A stretch of DNA of 52,511 bases from Planctomycetota bacterium. Its GTDB lineage: Bacteria; Planctomycetota; GCA-002687715; DRQF01. Positions 27,822-37,607 of the stretch are shown in pieces. Numbering within the stretch: position 1 is the stretch's first letter; every line of letters begins with the position of its first letter. Made by a program: the position numbers and the translations under genes. The notes under the pieces were generated by a model, which had not been told where the DNA came from, searched no databases, and saw nothing but the letters and a program-made list of their open reading frames with translations. The stretch spans positions 1-52,511 of the forward strand of contig JAZGFI010000289.1 of NCBI GenBank assembly GCA_036479435.1, read 5' to 3'.

Positions 27822-27887
27822 AGCTTCGGTTTTTTTGGGGAAAGGGTGCTGAACTTGGTCTGACCCAAAGGTTCAGGGTTTGCGAGT

Positions 27888-28535
27888 TTAGTATTGGTCG
27901 TCGTCTTCGGGGGAGCCGATGAGGGGAATGAGGGCTTCGATGGGCGAGTTCTCGCCGATCTCAAGGACGCCTTCTTGATCCCAGTCGTCGGGGTAGTCGT
28001 CGCGACCGATCTCGCTCACAGCACCGTTCAGATACAACACTGCGAGATAGTCACCCGCGTGGGGCATTTCGCCATCGACCAGAGGCTTGTTGCATGCGAT
28101 GATCTTCTTTGAAGCACCGGTCGATGAGATACGGCCAACCTTGTAGCGTTTCTCAGCTTGGTTGCGACCAGCCCAGTGAATCGTGCCACCGGTGACGTCT
28201 TCGTCGATGGTTTCGTCGCTGACCGGGGGACGCGCTAGGCTTTCGCAGAAAAAGATCGCAGAGTTGTTGACGGATTTTGCGAGGAAGGGACGTCCCCAGA
28301 TCTGCAGCAGAAAGTCCGAGCCAGACGCGGTGGGCATTCGTTTCTTTTTGCCCTCATAGATGTTCATCTGGAAGTAGATCTGTCCCAAACGTTCCTTGCT
28401 GGCCGCGAGGTTCGCCTCTTTCCGCATCGAGAGGACTTTGGTGATGCCGAATCCGGCGATGACCATGATGATCGAGATCACCACGAGGAGTTCCACCAAG
28501 GTGAAACCGGCGGCATTGCGCTGGGGTAGTTTCAT
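27888..28535 (-). CDS. Type II secretion/type IV pilin-like prepilin protein
   Basis: N-methylation signal AG-FTLVELLVVISII; C-terminal HAGDYLAVLYLNGAV resembles the H-X9-DG-type motif. Confidence 0.85.
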   Translation of the reverse strand: MKLPQRNAAGFTLVELLVVISIIMVIAGFGITKVLSMRKEANLAASKERLGQIYFQMNIYEGKKKRMPTASGSDFLLQIWGRPFLAKSVNNSAIFFCESLARPPVSDETIDEDVTGGTIHWAGRNQAEKRYKVGRISSTGASKKIIACNKPLVDGEMPHAGDYLAVLYLNGAVSEIGRDDYPDDWDQEGVLEIGENSPIEALIPLIGSPEDDDQY

Positions 28536-28633
28536 GTTTTTACTCGCGTCGCGGGGGCCACTTGAAGACTGAGGATCTTAGGGTTCTCGCGCCCAACGAA
28601 CAAGCGAAAGCGCTTTCGCCCCCTAAGCCCTAC

Positions 28634-28648
28634 GCAAGCCGCGTTCCG
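28634..28648 (-). promoter_or_regulatory. Possible sigma-54 promoter of the pilin-like gene
   Basis: Minus strand CGGAAC-GCGGC-TTGC (GG-N10-GC spacing), about 100 bp upstream of ATG 28535. Confidence 0.5.
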
Positions 28649-28802
28649 ATTTGGAAATTTCTGGAATACCGCCTAAACCTAATGGAGTTCATCCCTTAGC
28701 TATCGAAAGTCCACAAGCATAGAGTCAACGCGGAGCCCGGTGACGGCAACTTGGTTTCCAGTGGACGTCGCCCGACCGGATCCCTCCGGGCCCGGCGACG
28801 GC

Positions 28803-29966
28803 TTAGAGTCCGGCCGCTTTGCGCAACAGCTCCGAACGCTCGGTGCATTCCCAGGTGAAGGCCTCGCCTTCACGCCCGAAGTGACCGTGGAAAGAAGTCT
28901 GGCGGTAGCGCGGCTTCAACAAATCCAAGGCCTCAACGATTCCCAACGGCCGCAGATCGAAGTGGTCGCGCACGATGGTCTCAATGCGACGTTCGTCAAT
29001 CTTCGCGGTGCCCGCGGTCATAACGCGGATCGAAAGCGGCTCCGCCACCCCGATCGCATAGCTCAACTGCAGCTCGCAACGCGAGGCCAATCCCGCCTTC
29101 ACAACGTTTTTTGCCACCCATCGCGCCGCGTAGGCGGCAGAGCGATCGACTTTCGAGGGGTCCTTGCCGGAAAAGGCGCCGCCGCCGTGACGACCCATGC
29201 CGCCGTAGGTATCGACAATGATCTTGCGACCGGTGAGACCGCAGTCACCCATCGGCCCGCCAACCACGAAACGCCCCGTGGGGTTGACGTGATAGATCGT
29301 GCGATCGTCCAGCAGCTCACTGGGGATGGTCGCCTTGATGAGCTCTTCGACGATGAATTTCTTGATGTCCGCGTGCTCGATCTCAGGTGCGTGTTGCGTC
29401 GAGACGAGAACCGTGGAAATGCGCACGGGTTTTTCGCCGTCGTACTCCACGCTGACCTGCGACTTTGAGTCGGGTCTGATCCAATCCACCCCGCCTTGGC
29501 GCAACTCGGCCAGATTGGCGACGAGTTGGTGAGAGAGCATGATAGGCATCGGCATCAAGACGTCGGTTTCTTCGCAGGCGTAACCGAACATGATCCCCTG
29601 ATCGCCCGCACCTTGCTCAACGTGCATGCCCTTGTCGTCATCGACGCCCTGCGCGATGTCGGCCGACTGCTTATCAAGGCAAACGTTGACGGCACAGGTC
29701 TCGGAATCGAATCCCATTTCGGAACTCGTATAGCCGATGTCTTTCACGACCTCGCGCGCCAGGCTCGGGATGTCCACAATAGCCGAGCTCGTGACTTCGC
29801 CCGCGATCTGAACCAAGCCGGTGGTCACCATGGTCTCACAGGCCACGCGACTCCTCGGGTCTTGTTCCAACATGGCATCGAGCACCGCATCGGAAATCTG
29901 ATCGGCCATCTTGTCCGGGTGGCCCATCGAGACCGATTCCGAGGTGAAGATAAGAGGCTCGCTCAT
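28803..29966 (-). CDS. metK: S-adenosylmethionine synthase
   Basis: [66 protein letters not shown]. Confidence 0.98.
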   Translation of the reverse strand: MSEPLIFTSESVSMGHPDKMADQISDAVLDAMLEQDPRSRVACETMVTTGLVQIAGEVTSSAIVDIPSLAREVVKDIGYTSSEMGFDSETCAVNVCLDKQSADIAQGVDDDKGMHVEQGAGDQGIMFGYACEETDVLMPMPIMLSHQLVANLAELRQGGVDWIRPDSKSQVSVEYDGEKPVRISTVLVSTQHAPEIEHADIKKFIVEELIKATIPSELLDDRTIYHVNPTGRFVVGGPMGDCGLTGRKIIVDTYGGMGRHGGGAFSGKDPSKVDRSAAYAARWVAKNVVKAGLASRCELQLSYAIGVAEPLSIRVMTAGTAKIDERRIETIVRDHFDLRPLGIVEALDLLKPRYRQTSFHGHFGREGEAFTWECTERSELLRKAAGL

Positions 29967-30096
29967 GACTAACTCCGCTATCTGTTCTTTGGGGCCACCG
30001 CATCGAGCTCGGCCCCAGGTAATTCACTTTTGCTATCCAGCCAGCCAACTAAGGACCATGGCCACAAAATCCTGCCAAGCCCAACCCAATCTAAGA

Positions 30097-31359
30097 TCAG
30101 GTCACTTGGTTCACTAACTCAAGGAGAGCCTCCGCCGTCCTCGCTGAGGCTCCTTGTTGGCGGTCCACTACGGCTCGTGCCGCCGCTCCCGCCCGGAGCC
30201 TTGAATCTTCATTGTTGAGGAAGTCGGCGACAGCCGATTTGAGTTCCTCAAGGTTTTTAACTTCTCGTGCCGCTTGGGCCGCGACCAGGGCGTCGGCTGT
30301 TTCGCGCACCGTCCAGACCTGGGGGCCGAACAGCAAAGGCTTGGCCTGCGCGGCCGGCTCAAGGAGGTTATGACCTCCTACTGGCACCAGACTCCCACCC
30401 AAAAAAACGAGATCAGCGACCGCGAACAACTCCGCGAGCTCCCCCATCGTATCGACCAAGATCACCGATGCACCGCAGCCTTCGCTCTTGCGGCAGGTCT
30501 TCAGCCCCAAGGCAGAAGCCATGGCTTCGATACGCTTTAGTCGTTCAAGGTGGCGCGGCGCGATCATCAATCGCAAATTCGGCCAGCGAGCGCGAAGTTC
30601 GATGAAAGAGCGGCAAACCGACTCTTCTTCACCTTCGTGAGTACTCCCCGCCAACCAGACGAGTTCGTCATCAAACCCCAGCTCACGCCGCATTTGCGCC
30701 GCTTGGGAGGGGCTGGTAACCGCCGGGAGGTTATCAACTTTGAGGTTCCCGGACACCCGTACCCTCTCTGCGGAAACCCCCAGGCCCATCCAGCGATCCT
30801 GGTAAAGCTCGTTTTGAACTAAGAACAGATTGACGGCATCAAAAAAGCCTGGAGCCACACGCCGCAGCCAGCCGTAGCGCTTCGCCGATCGAGCCGAGAG
30901 CTTCGCATTGACCACCGCCACAGGCACTTGCGCTCGCCGCAGGGCCGCGAGCCAGTTTGGCCACAAGTCGCCCTCGACGAAAATCATGAGCTCCGGCCGA
31001 ACCGCATTTAAGGCACGATCGACGGCTCGGCTGAAATCCAAGGGACTCGCCATGACTTGATCGGCTGAGTAAATATCGGCGGCACGCTCAAGGCCCGCCC
31101 CCGTTGTGCTGCTGATAACGAAGCTCCAATCGGGACGAGCTTCGCGGAGTTTTTGGATAAGTCCCCGCGCGGCAGTGACTTCGCCGACCGAAACGCCGTG
31201 CAGCCATACGGTCTTGGCGGCAGGCTCAGTTCTCGGAAAACCGCTCCATCGCGGTCCCAGCGCAGCGGTGGCCTTGCGCTTGATGCAGCGTTCATAGGCC
31301 CACACGCCGGCCAACGCGGGGAGATAGGCCGCGTCGAGAAGCCAGGCCTTCAGGGGCAC
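30097..31359 (-). CDS. waaA: 3-deoxy-D-manno-octulosonic acid (Kdo) transferase
   Basis: WLHGVSVGE, SSTT, PLD, EGDLWPN, NAKLS, GNLK.D, AGSTHEGEE, APRH.ER, DTMGEL, GGSLVPVGGHNLLEPA. Confidence 0.94.
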   Translation of the reverse strand: MPLKAWLLDAAYLPALAGVWAYERCIKRKATAALGPRWSGFPRTEPAAKTVWLHGVSVGEVTAARGLIQKLREARPDWSFVISSTTGAGLERAADIYSADQVMASPLDFSRAVDRALNAVRPELMIFVEGDLWPNWLAALRRAQVPVAVVNAKLSARSAKRYGWLRRVAPGFFDAVNLFLVQNELYQDRWMGLGVSAERVRVSGNLKVDNLPAVTSPSQAAQMRRELGFDDELVWLAGSTHEGEEESVCRSFIELRARWPNLRLMIAPRHLERLKRIEAMASALGLKTCRKSEGCGASVILVDTMGELAELFAVADLVFLGGSLVPVGGHNLLEPAAQAKPLLFGPQVWTVRETADALVAAQAAREVKNLEELKSAVADFLNNEDSRLRAGAAARAVVDRQQGASARTAEALLELVNQVT

Positions 31360-31447
31360 CGCGGATTATCGACGCCAAGGCCGAGATCCGGGGAGTCTTT
31401 TTCCGAAGGCCGAAAACCAAGTCGCCCCCCGGCTCTCAAGCCATCAC

Positions 31448-34063
31448 TCACGACTGGGCGCCATGGCACTTTTTGTATTTGCGACCGCTACCGCAGGGAC
31501 AGGGGTCGTTGCGCCCGACCTTCTCGTCGTTCCGCACGAAGGGCTTCGCGGGCTGCCCCGACATATCGCGCCCGACGGCGACTTCGTTTTGGGCTTGGTT
31601 GGATTCGTAGGCACCCACGGTTTGGTGACTCGCCTGTTGACCGCCCCAAACATCGTCAGCCTGTGACACCTCTTCAGGTTTTTCGACTTCGATGCGGAAG
31701 ACGAAGTCGGTGACTTCATCACGGATCGACTCAATCATGTCCTCGAAGGCTTCAAAAGCTTCACGCTTATACTCGGTCTTAGGATCGACCGCGGCGTAGC
31801 TGCGCAAACCAACTCCGGCCTTCAAGGCATCCAAGTTCGCGAGGTGCTCTTTCCACTTCACGTCAAAGGCGTTGAGGAGGATGTAGCTTTCGAGCTGGCC
31901 GTGGAGTTCCTCTCCGAGCTCTTCAACTCGGCGATCGTAAATCTTGCCGAAGGCGGCGCAAATCACATCCACGATTTTCTCGTGATCTCGTTCAGAACGA
32001 TCGATCGAAATCTTCTCGCCCGCCTTGCGTTCGTACCAAGACTCCAACTCCTCCCAGTTCCACTCCGTCGCGGGCTCTTCTTCGGGAAGCTGCGAGAACA
32101 CGGTGGTCCGTGTCTCACGTTCAAACATGGGTTCGATCATCCCGCGCAGGTCGGCGCCTTCGAGAATCTGCTGACGACTAGCGTAGATGACCGTGCGCTG
32201 GTCATTCATGACGTTGTCGTAATCGAGAAGGTTCTTGCGAATCTCGAAGTTACGGTTCTCGACTTTCTTCTGCGCGGAGGCGACCGAGCGGTTGATCAGT
32301 TTGTGCTCGATAGCTTGGCCGTCGCGAAGGCCGAACTTCTTCAGCATGGCCGCCACGTTGTCGGAAGCGAAACGTCGCATGAGATCGTCGTCGAGGCCCA
32401 GGTAGAATCGCGTGGAACCCTTGTCGCCTTGACGCCCACAGCGACCGCGAAGCTGATTGTCGATGCGACGCGCCTCGTGACGTTCGGTTCCAATGACGTG
32501 CAAGCCCCCGAGAGCCTCAACTCCTTCGCCGAGTTTGATATCGGTACCACGGCCCGCCATGTTCGTCGCAATCGTGACCGCGCCATTTTGGCCCGCGTTC
32601 GTAATGATCTCCGCTTCACGCTCGTGGTGCTTGGCATTCAAGACGTTGTGCGGAATTCCCGATCGCTGCAAAATCGTGGAGAGTTTCTCCGAGTTTTCAA
32701 TCGAGGTCGTGCCAACCAAGATCGGACGGCCGATGCCGTGTACGTCTTTGATGTCGGCCAACAGGGCTTGATATTTGTCTTTGGCGTCGGCGTAAATCTT
32801 GTCGTCATCGTCGCGGCGAGCGATGGGACGATTCGGAGGAATCGCCACAACATCGAGGCCGTAAATCTTCAGAAACTCTCCGGCCTCGGTCATGGCCGTA
32901 CCGGTCATGCCGCCGACTTTTCCGTAGAGCTTGAAGAAGTTCTGGAACGTGATCGAAGCCAGTGTCTGCGATTCGGCTTTGATCTTGATGCCTTCTTTGG
33001 CTTCAACCGCTTGATGCAGTCCGTCGCTCCAACGACGCCCCGGCATGAGCCGTCCCGTGAACTCATCGACAATGATGATCTCTTGGCCACCGTCTTCACC
33101 GCGGCCAACGACGTAGTCCTTGTCGAGGAAGAACAGATGGTGCGCGCGTAGCGCTTGCTCCATCAAGTGCGGCCACTCGAGATTGGGCCCGCTGTAGAAC
33201 GACTTGACGCCGACTAACTCCTGCGCCTTTTCGATGCCATCTTCAATCAGGATGGCCTGCGATTCCTTCTCCTTGATTTCGAAGTGCAGATCGCGAGTGA
33301 GCTGCCGCACGATGCGATCCGCATCGTAGTACTTGCGGACATCACCCTCGCCGGGGCCAGAGATAATCAGAGGCGTACGCGCCTCATCGATGAGGATGTT
33401 GTCGACCTCATCGAGGATGCAGTAGTGACGACTGCGCTGAACTTGGTCTTCGAGCCGCGACTTCATGTTGTCGCGCAAATAGTCGAACCCAAATTCGTTG
33501 TTCGTGCCGTAAGTGATGTCTTTGGCGTACTCGGCCTTGCGCTCGGCGTTGCGCATGTTGCTTTGGATGGCACCCACGGTCAGGCCAAGTCTTTCGAGGA
33601 TCGGCCCCATCCAGTCGCGGTCACGCTGGGCGAGATAGTCGTTAACGGTAATGACGTGAACGCCCTTGCCGGTGAGACCATTGAGGTAAGCGGGTGCGGT
33701 GGCCACGAGGGTCTTGCCCTCGCCCGTCGTCATCTCGGCGATGCCACCGGAGTGGAGGACCATGCCCCCGATCATTTGAACGTCATAGTGCCTGAGCCCC
33801 CGGTCGCCATCCGGCGGCGGGGTTCGGACACTCATCTCACGACAAACGGCGAAGGCCTCGGATAGCAAATCATCGACGGTTTCACCGGCGACAAGGCGTG
33901 CCTTAAATTCATCGGTTTTGCCACGCAACTCGGCATCGGTCAGTTTCTGCAGACCCGGTTCGAAGGCGTTGATCGCCCCGACCCGCTGCATCAAGGCCTT
34001 TACTTTTCGCTCGTTGTGCGAGCCAAAGACGTTGATGACGCGCTTAAGCACGTTCTCGAGCAT
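31448..34063 (-). CDS. secA: Preprotein translocase ATPase SecA
   Basis: [60 protein letters not shown] motif [18 protein letters not shown]. Confidence 0.99.
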   Translation of the reverse strand: MLENVLKRVINVFGSHNERKVKALMQRVGAINAFEPGLQKLTDAELRGKTDEFKARLVAGETVDDLLSEAFAVCREMSVRTPPPDGDRGLRHYDVQMIGGMVLHSGGIAEMTTGEGKTLVATAPAYLNGLTGKGVHVITVNDYLAQRDRDWMGPILERLGLTVGAIQSNMRNAERKAEYAKDITYGTNNEFGFDYLRDNMKSRLEDQVQRSRHYCILDEVDNILIDEARTPLIISGPGEGDVRKYYDADRIVRQLTRDLHFEIKEKESQAILIEDGIEKAQELVGVKSFYSGPNLEWPHLMEQALRAHHLFFLDKDYVVGRGEDGGQEIIIVDEFTGRLMPGRRWSDGLHQAVEAKEGIKIKAESQTLASITFQNFFKLYGKVGGMTGTAMTEAGEFLKIYGLDVVAIPPNRPIARRDDDDKIYADAKDKYQALLADIKDVHGIGRPILVGTTSIENSEKLSTILQRSGIPHNVLNAKHHEREAEIITNAGQNGAVTIATNMAGRGTDIKLGEGVEALGGLHVIGTERHEARRIDNQLRGRCGRQGDKGSTRFYLGLDDDLMRRFASDNVAAMLKKFGLRDGQAIEHKLINRSVASAQKKVENRNFEIRKNLLDYDNVMNDQRTVIYASRQQILEGADLRGMIEPMFERETRTTVFSQLPEEEPATEWNWEELESWYERKAGEKISIDRSERDHEKIVDVICAAFGKIYDRRVEELGEELHGQLESYILLNAFDVKWKEHLANLDALKAGVGLRSYAAVDPKTEYKREAFEAFEDMIESIRDEVTDFVFRIEVEKPEEVSQADDVWGGQQASHQTVGAYESNQAQNEVAVGRDMSGQPAKPFVRNDEKVGRNDPCPCGSGRKYKKCHGAQS

Positions 34064-34213
34064 GTTGCGTTTCCCTCAGTTTCGACGAGGCAAAAACTCT
34101 AACCTCGGCCCCTAAGGGCAACAAGCAAGGCCAGGGGGCAGAATCCGATCTACATCGAGTTTGAAAGCGCCGAGACTTGAAGGTTAAGAGGTGAACTGGG
34201 GAGGAGCTGGGAG

Positions 34214-35089
34214 TTAGGCGACCTGAAGGTGCTTCGCGACGAAGGTCATGAGCACTTCAATCTCGTAGGGCTTGACCAAAAACCCGTCGAGGTGCGAATA
34301 GCAGCTCAAGTCGATCCCCGCGGCCGTGGCCAACAAAAAGGGGATGTCTTTCAGGTCATCGTCGGCCCGAATCGCTCGGACAAAATCAATGCCGGTCATG
34401 CCGCTCCCCATTTCGAGGTCGGAAAGGACCAAGTCCGGTTTTCGTCCCTTGAGAGATTCCATGGCGTCTTCGCCCGAGTATTTGACGACGACCTCGTAGC
34501 CCCGGCGGGTCAAGATTCGGCGCACCCCTTCGGCAATGTCTTTGTCGTCATCCACGACCAAAACCATGGGTTTTTGGCTTTGGTGACAACAGTCGGCCTC
34601 ACGGACTTCGGCCTGATCGACGTCGTCCAGGATGTCGTGAAAGGTCGGTATCGCGGATTTGCGCCATTCGTTCTCAACCAAGCCCTTGATCCGCGCGTTG
34701 TAGTCCCGAATGAGCAGCCACTCGGCGTAGTCGGGCGTTGTTTCTTTGATATCGAGTTCGTCGTGAGTATCGACGGCAAAAAAGAAAGAGTCGCGAACGA
34801 GCGACTCTTGAAAAATCATCTTCATGAAGGGGTAACGGCGGTTGCCGAGGCGGAGGCTGTACTTCCTCATGCACCCGACTTTGCATTCGTCGGTAAAACC
34901 TTCGAGCACCTGTTGTTCATTGCAAGATTCAAAGTCGATCCGCGGCCAATGAGAATCTTCAAGATCGCCCCAGGCGTGATGAAGATAAACCCTGACCGCG
35001 TCTTTGAAAGTCGGCAACCTTACCGCGTCGAGCCGCATACCCGTCAATCTCTTCTCTGCTCTGTTCAATTCCCGCCGAGCCTCACCCAT
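34214..35089 (-). CDS. Response regulator: unrecognised N-terminal domain plus C-terminal receiver domain
   Basis: VLVVDDD, PDLVLSDLEM (phospho-Asp), TGIDF, ATA, FLVKPY; about 170 N-terminal residues not recognised. Confidence 0.85.
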   Translation of the reverse strand: MGEARRELNRAEKRLTGMRLDAVRLPTFKDAVRVYLHHAWGDLEDSHWPRIDFESCNEQQVLEGFTDECKVGCMRKYSLRLGNRRYPFMKMIFQESLVRDSFFFAVDTHDELDIKETTPDYAEWLLIRDYNARIKGLVENEWRKSAIPTFHDILDDVDQAEVREADCCHQSQKPMVLVVDDDKDIAEGVRRILTRRGYEVVVKYSGEDAMESLKGRKPDLVLSDLEMGSGMTGIDFVRAIRADDDLKDIPFLLATAAGIDLSCYSHLDGFLVKPYEIEVLMTFVAKHLQVA

Positions 35090-35104
35090 CCCCGAGGTGA
35101 AAAC

Positions 35105-35611
35105 TCAGCCTGATCGCGCCGCCGCCTGTCGATCTTGGTTCCACAAAACGAGCAAGAGCAGCGGTGCCCCCACACATATACACGAATCCGCGACGTTAAA
35201 GGTTGGAAATTCGAACCAATAGAAATGGAGGAAGTCCCGCACCTCTCCCTCGAAGAGCCCCCCCGGCCCGGCGAAGATGTTGTCGTAGATGTTTCCGAGC
35301 GCCCCCCCAGCCACCAGAGCGAAGGCCAATTGCGTCACTTTGCCCGGTCGTGACTGGCTGAAGAACAGCCAGAGCAGTGCCGCGAGGACGCTGCCGCGGA
35401 TCAAAACCCAGACGACCGCCGGGACCTCCTGCGCCATCCCCCACATCATGCCGGGGTTGCGCACTTCGCGGAATTCCAGCACCCCCTCCCAGACTTGAAT
35501 GGCGTCAAAGGGGCCCTCTAAGGCTTCGAAAGTGGCATGCTTGGACCATAAGTCTAAGGCCACGACGAAGACGAAAACGGAGGCAAACAGCCAAGGCCAC
35601 GATGATTTCAT
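35105..35611 (-). CDS. lspA: Lipoprotein signal peptidase (SPase II)
   Basis: LDLWSK, VRNPGMMWG, GGALGNIYD, VRDFL, FPTFNVADSCI; start moved to ATG 35611. Confidence 0.93.
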   Translation of the reverse strand: MKSSWPWLFASVFVFVVALDLWSKHATFEALEGPFDAIQVWEGVLEFREVRNPGMMWGMAQEVPAVVWVLIRGSVLAALLWLFFSQSRPGKVTQLAFALVAGGALGNIYDNIFAGPGGLFEGEVRDFLHFYWFEFPTFNVADSCICVGAPLLLLVLWNQDRQAAARSG

Positions 35612-35747
35612 CAAGTATCCCCATCCCCAGACGGACCAAAGTGCGCCGGAGTATAGGAGCCCCCTCTTTCCCGCGTCAAGAATACCGCCGATACTGTGTG
35701 GGCGGCGGGTCGCTGTCGGCCCCGCCAGCGCATCATGTCTGAGACCC

Positions 35748-36671
35748 ATGAGGAGCCCGAAGCTGCGCGACCGAGCTGAGATTACGGTGTTCACCGACCT
35801 GAGAGCGGCCGAGCGAGGCTGGTCGCGTCACACCTGCGAGGCCTACCTCCGCGACCTCAACCTCTACGCCGATTTCCTCAGTGCGCGGCAAATCGAGCGC
35901 TTTTCCCTCAGCCGCGCCCCTTTGATCTTCGACTTTTTGGCCGCACGGGAGGCGGCTGGCGATTCTGAACGGACGCTCAACCGCCGCCTCGCAGCCCTAC
36001 GGTCTTTTCACCGCCACCTGCTCGAAGAAGGAGCTATGAAAGAGGATATCTTGGTCCACCTGCCGGCTCCCAAACGGCTCAAGACACTGCCCCACTACCT
36101 CACGAAGAAGGAAATGGCAGCGCTTTTGGACGCCGCCGGACAAGTAGATCGCCCCACGGCCTCGCGAGATATCGCGCTCATCGAACTCCTCTACGCCACC
36201 GGAATCCGGGTTTCTGAGCTCTGCGGCCTCAAAGAACTCGATCTAAGGCCGCCGGAGGCCCAAGGTCTGGCCCAGATCCTCGTCCTGGGAAAGGGCAGCA
36301 AGGAGCGCTGGGTACCTCTCCACGCCCTGGCTTGGGAAGCCCTCCAGCGCTATCTCGGTGGCGGGCGTTCTGATCTCGCCAAACCCAACAGCCCCGCCGC
36401 AATTTGGCTCAACCGCCGCGGCAAAGCTCTCAGCCGGCACGCCGTCTACCGAATCCTCCGCGAGCTGGGCTTAGTAGCGCAAATCCGCCAGACCGTGACG
36501 CCTCATTTATTGCGCCACACCTTCGCCACCCACCTCGTTCACGAGGGCGCCGATCTCAGAGCGGTCCAAGAGCTGCTGGGCCACGCCAACTTGGAAACCA
36601 CGACAATTTATACCTCCGTCGATGCCGACCGCCTCCGCGACATCCACCGCCGGCATCACCCGCGCGGTTAA
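35748..36671 (+). CDS. xerD: Tyrosine recombinase XerD/XerC
   Basis: ERGWSRHT.EAY.RDL, RR.AALRSF, LELLYATGIRVSEL-like box, GKGSKER, TPHLLRHTFATHL, ADLRAVQELLGHA...TT.IYT, HHPRG; start moved to ATG 35748; XerD versus XerC is tentative. Confidence 0.85.
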   Translation: MRSPKLRDRAEITVFTDLRAAERGWSRHTCEAYLRDLNLYADFLSARQIERFSLSRAPLIFDFLAAREAAGDSERTLNRRLAALRSFHRHLLEEGAMKEDILVHLPAPKRLKTLPHYLTKKEMAALLDAAGQVDRPTASRDIALIELLYATGIRVSELCGLKELDLRPPEAQGLAQILVLGKGSKERWVPLHALAWEALQRYLGGGRSDLAKPNSPAAIWLNRRGKALSRHAVYRILRELGLVAQIRQTVTPHLLRHTFATHLVHEGADLRAVQELLGHANLETTTIYTSVDADRLRDIHRRHHPRG

Positions 36672-36764
36672 CGAACGGCATTAACCTCGTCAGTACCTCG
36701 GTTGACGACCGCGAATTGAAGGGACACTCTTCAAGCCAAGTCAGCTCAATCAGAGATCCACAAC

Positions 36765-37607
36765 ATGCCCGCACGCGCCGTCGCCATCGGACTTCTTTTC
36801 GCCGCTTGTTTCGTTTTGGTGACCGCCTGCTGGTACCTGGATTCCAAATCCCAATCCGACCCGCCCCAGCCAAAAGACTCGGCGGCCGCCGCGCCGGAGT
36901 GGATCGAACTCTTCAACGGCCGCGACCTTTCGGGCTGGACCCCGAAAATCACCGGCTACGCTCTCGGCGAAAACTTCGGCGACACTTTCCGCGTCGACAA
37001 CGGCGTCCTCAAAGTCGCCTACGACCAGTACGAAAAGTTCGAGGGCCGCTTCGGCCATCTCTTTTACAACACCGAGTTCAGCGACTACGTTATCGAACTG
37101 GAGTACCGCTTCACCGGCAGCCAAACCCCCGGCGGTCCCGGCTGGGCCTTTCGCAACAGCGGCATCATGATCCACGGACAAACCGCCGCCTCGATGGGCC
37201 AAGACCAAAACTTCCCGGTCTCCATCGAAGTCCAACTCCTCGGCGGCGACGGCACTAACGAACGGCACACCCACAACCTTTGCACCCCGGGCACCCATGT
37301 CGTCATGAACGACAAACTCATCAAGCGCCACTGCAGCGACTCCAACTCAAAAACCTACCACGGCGACCAATGGGTCAAGGTGCGCACCGAAGTCCACGGG
37401 CACGGCCTGATCCGCCACCTCATCGACGGCAAAGTCGTCCTCGAATACGAACAGTCCCAACTCGACGACAACGACGCGGATGCCAAAAAACTCATCGCCA
37501 CTCGCAGCGGAGAACGACGCCTCAGCGGCGGCACCATTTCCCTACAAGCCGAAAGCCACCCCTGCGAATTCCGCAACATCCGCCTCAAGCGACTAAGCGA
37601 AAACTAG
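36765..37607 (+). CDS. DUF1080 (3-keto-disaccharide hydrolase family) exported protein
   Basis: Signal peptide, WIELFNGRDLSGW, FGHLFY, EYRF, RNSGIM.H, SIEVQL, GTISLQAESHP.EFRNI. Confidence 0.9.
   Translation: MPARAVAIGLLFAACFVLVTACWYLDSKSQSDPPQPKDSAAAAPEWIELFNGRDLSGWTPKITGYALGENFGDTFRVDNGVLKVAYDQYEKFEGRFGHLFYNTEFSDYVIELEYRFTGSQTPGGPGWAFRNSGIMIHGQTAASMGQDQNFPVSIEVQLLGGDGTNERHTHNLCTPGTHVVMNDKLIKRHCSDSNSKTYHGDQWVKVRTEVHGHGLIRHLIDGKVVLEYEQSQLDDNDADAKKLIATRSGERRLSGGTISLQAESHPCEFRNIRLKRLSEN

Noticed and set aside
27396..27964. ORFs 27396..27716 (+) and 27590..27964 (-)
   Set aside because: They overlap real genes and the hairpin array, show no recognisable protein features, and the region is better explained by RNA elements
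29967..30097. SAM riboswitch upstream of metK
   Set aside because: No SAM-I-like core recognised, and the gap to waaA is short
31844..33151. Long antisense ORFs (also 50749..51723, 1351..2139, 34229..35113, 28740..29468)
   Set aside because: Shadows of conserved genes on the opposite strand, expected from high-GC codon bias
35748..36671. Prophage or island integrase
   Set aside because: Size and motifs fit chromosomal XerD/C; no att repeats, tRNA or phage genes nearby
36765..37607. C-rich coding strand of the DUF1080 gene as a sign of a nearby mobile element
   Set aside because: No arm-like repeat found next to it; preference for C-ending codons is a sufficient explanation
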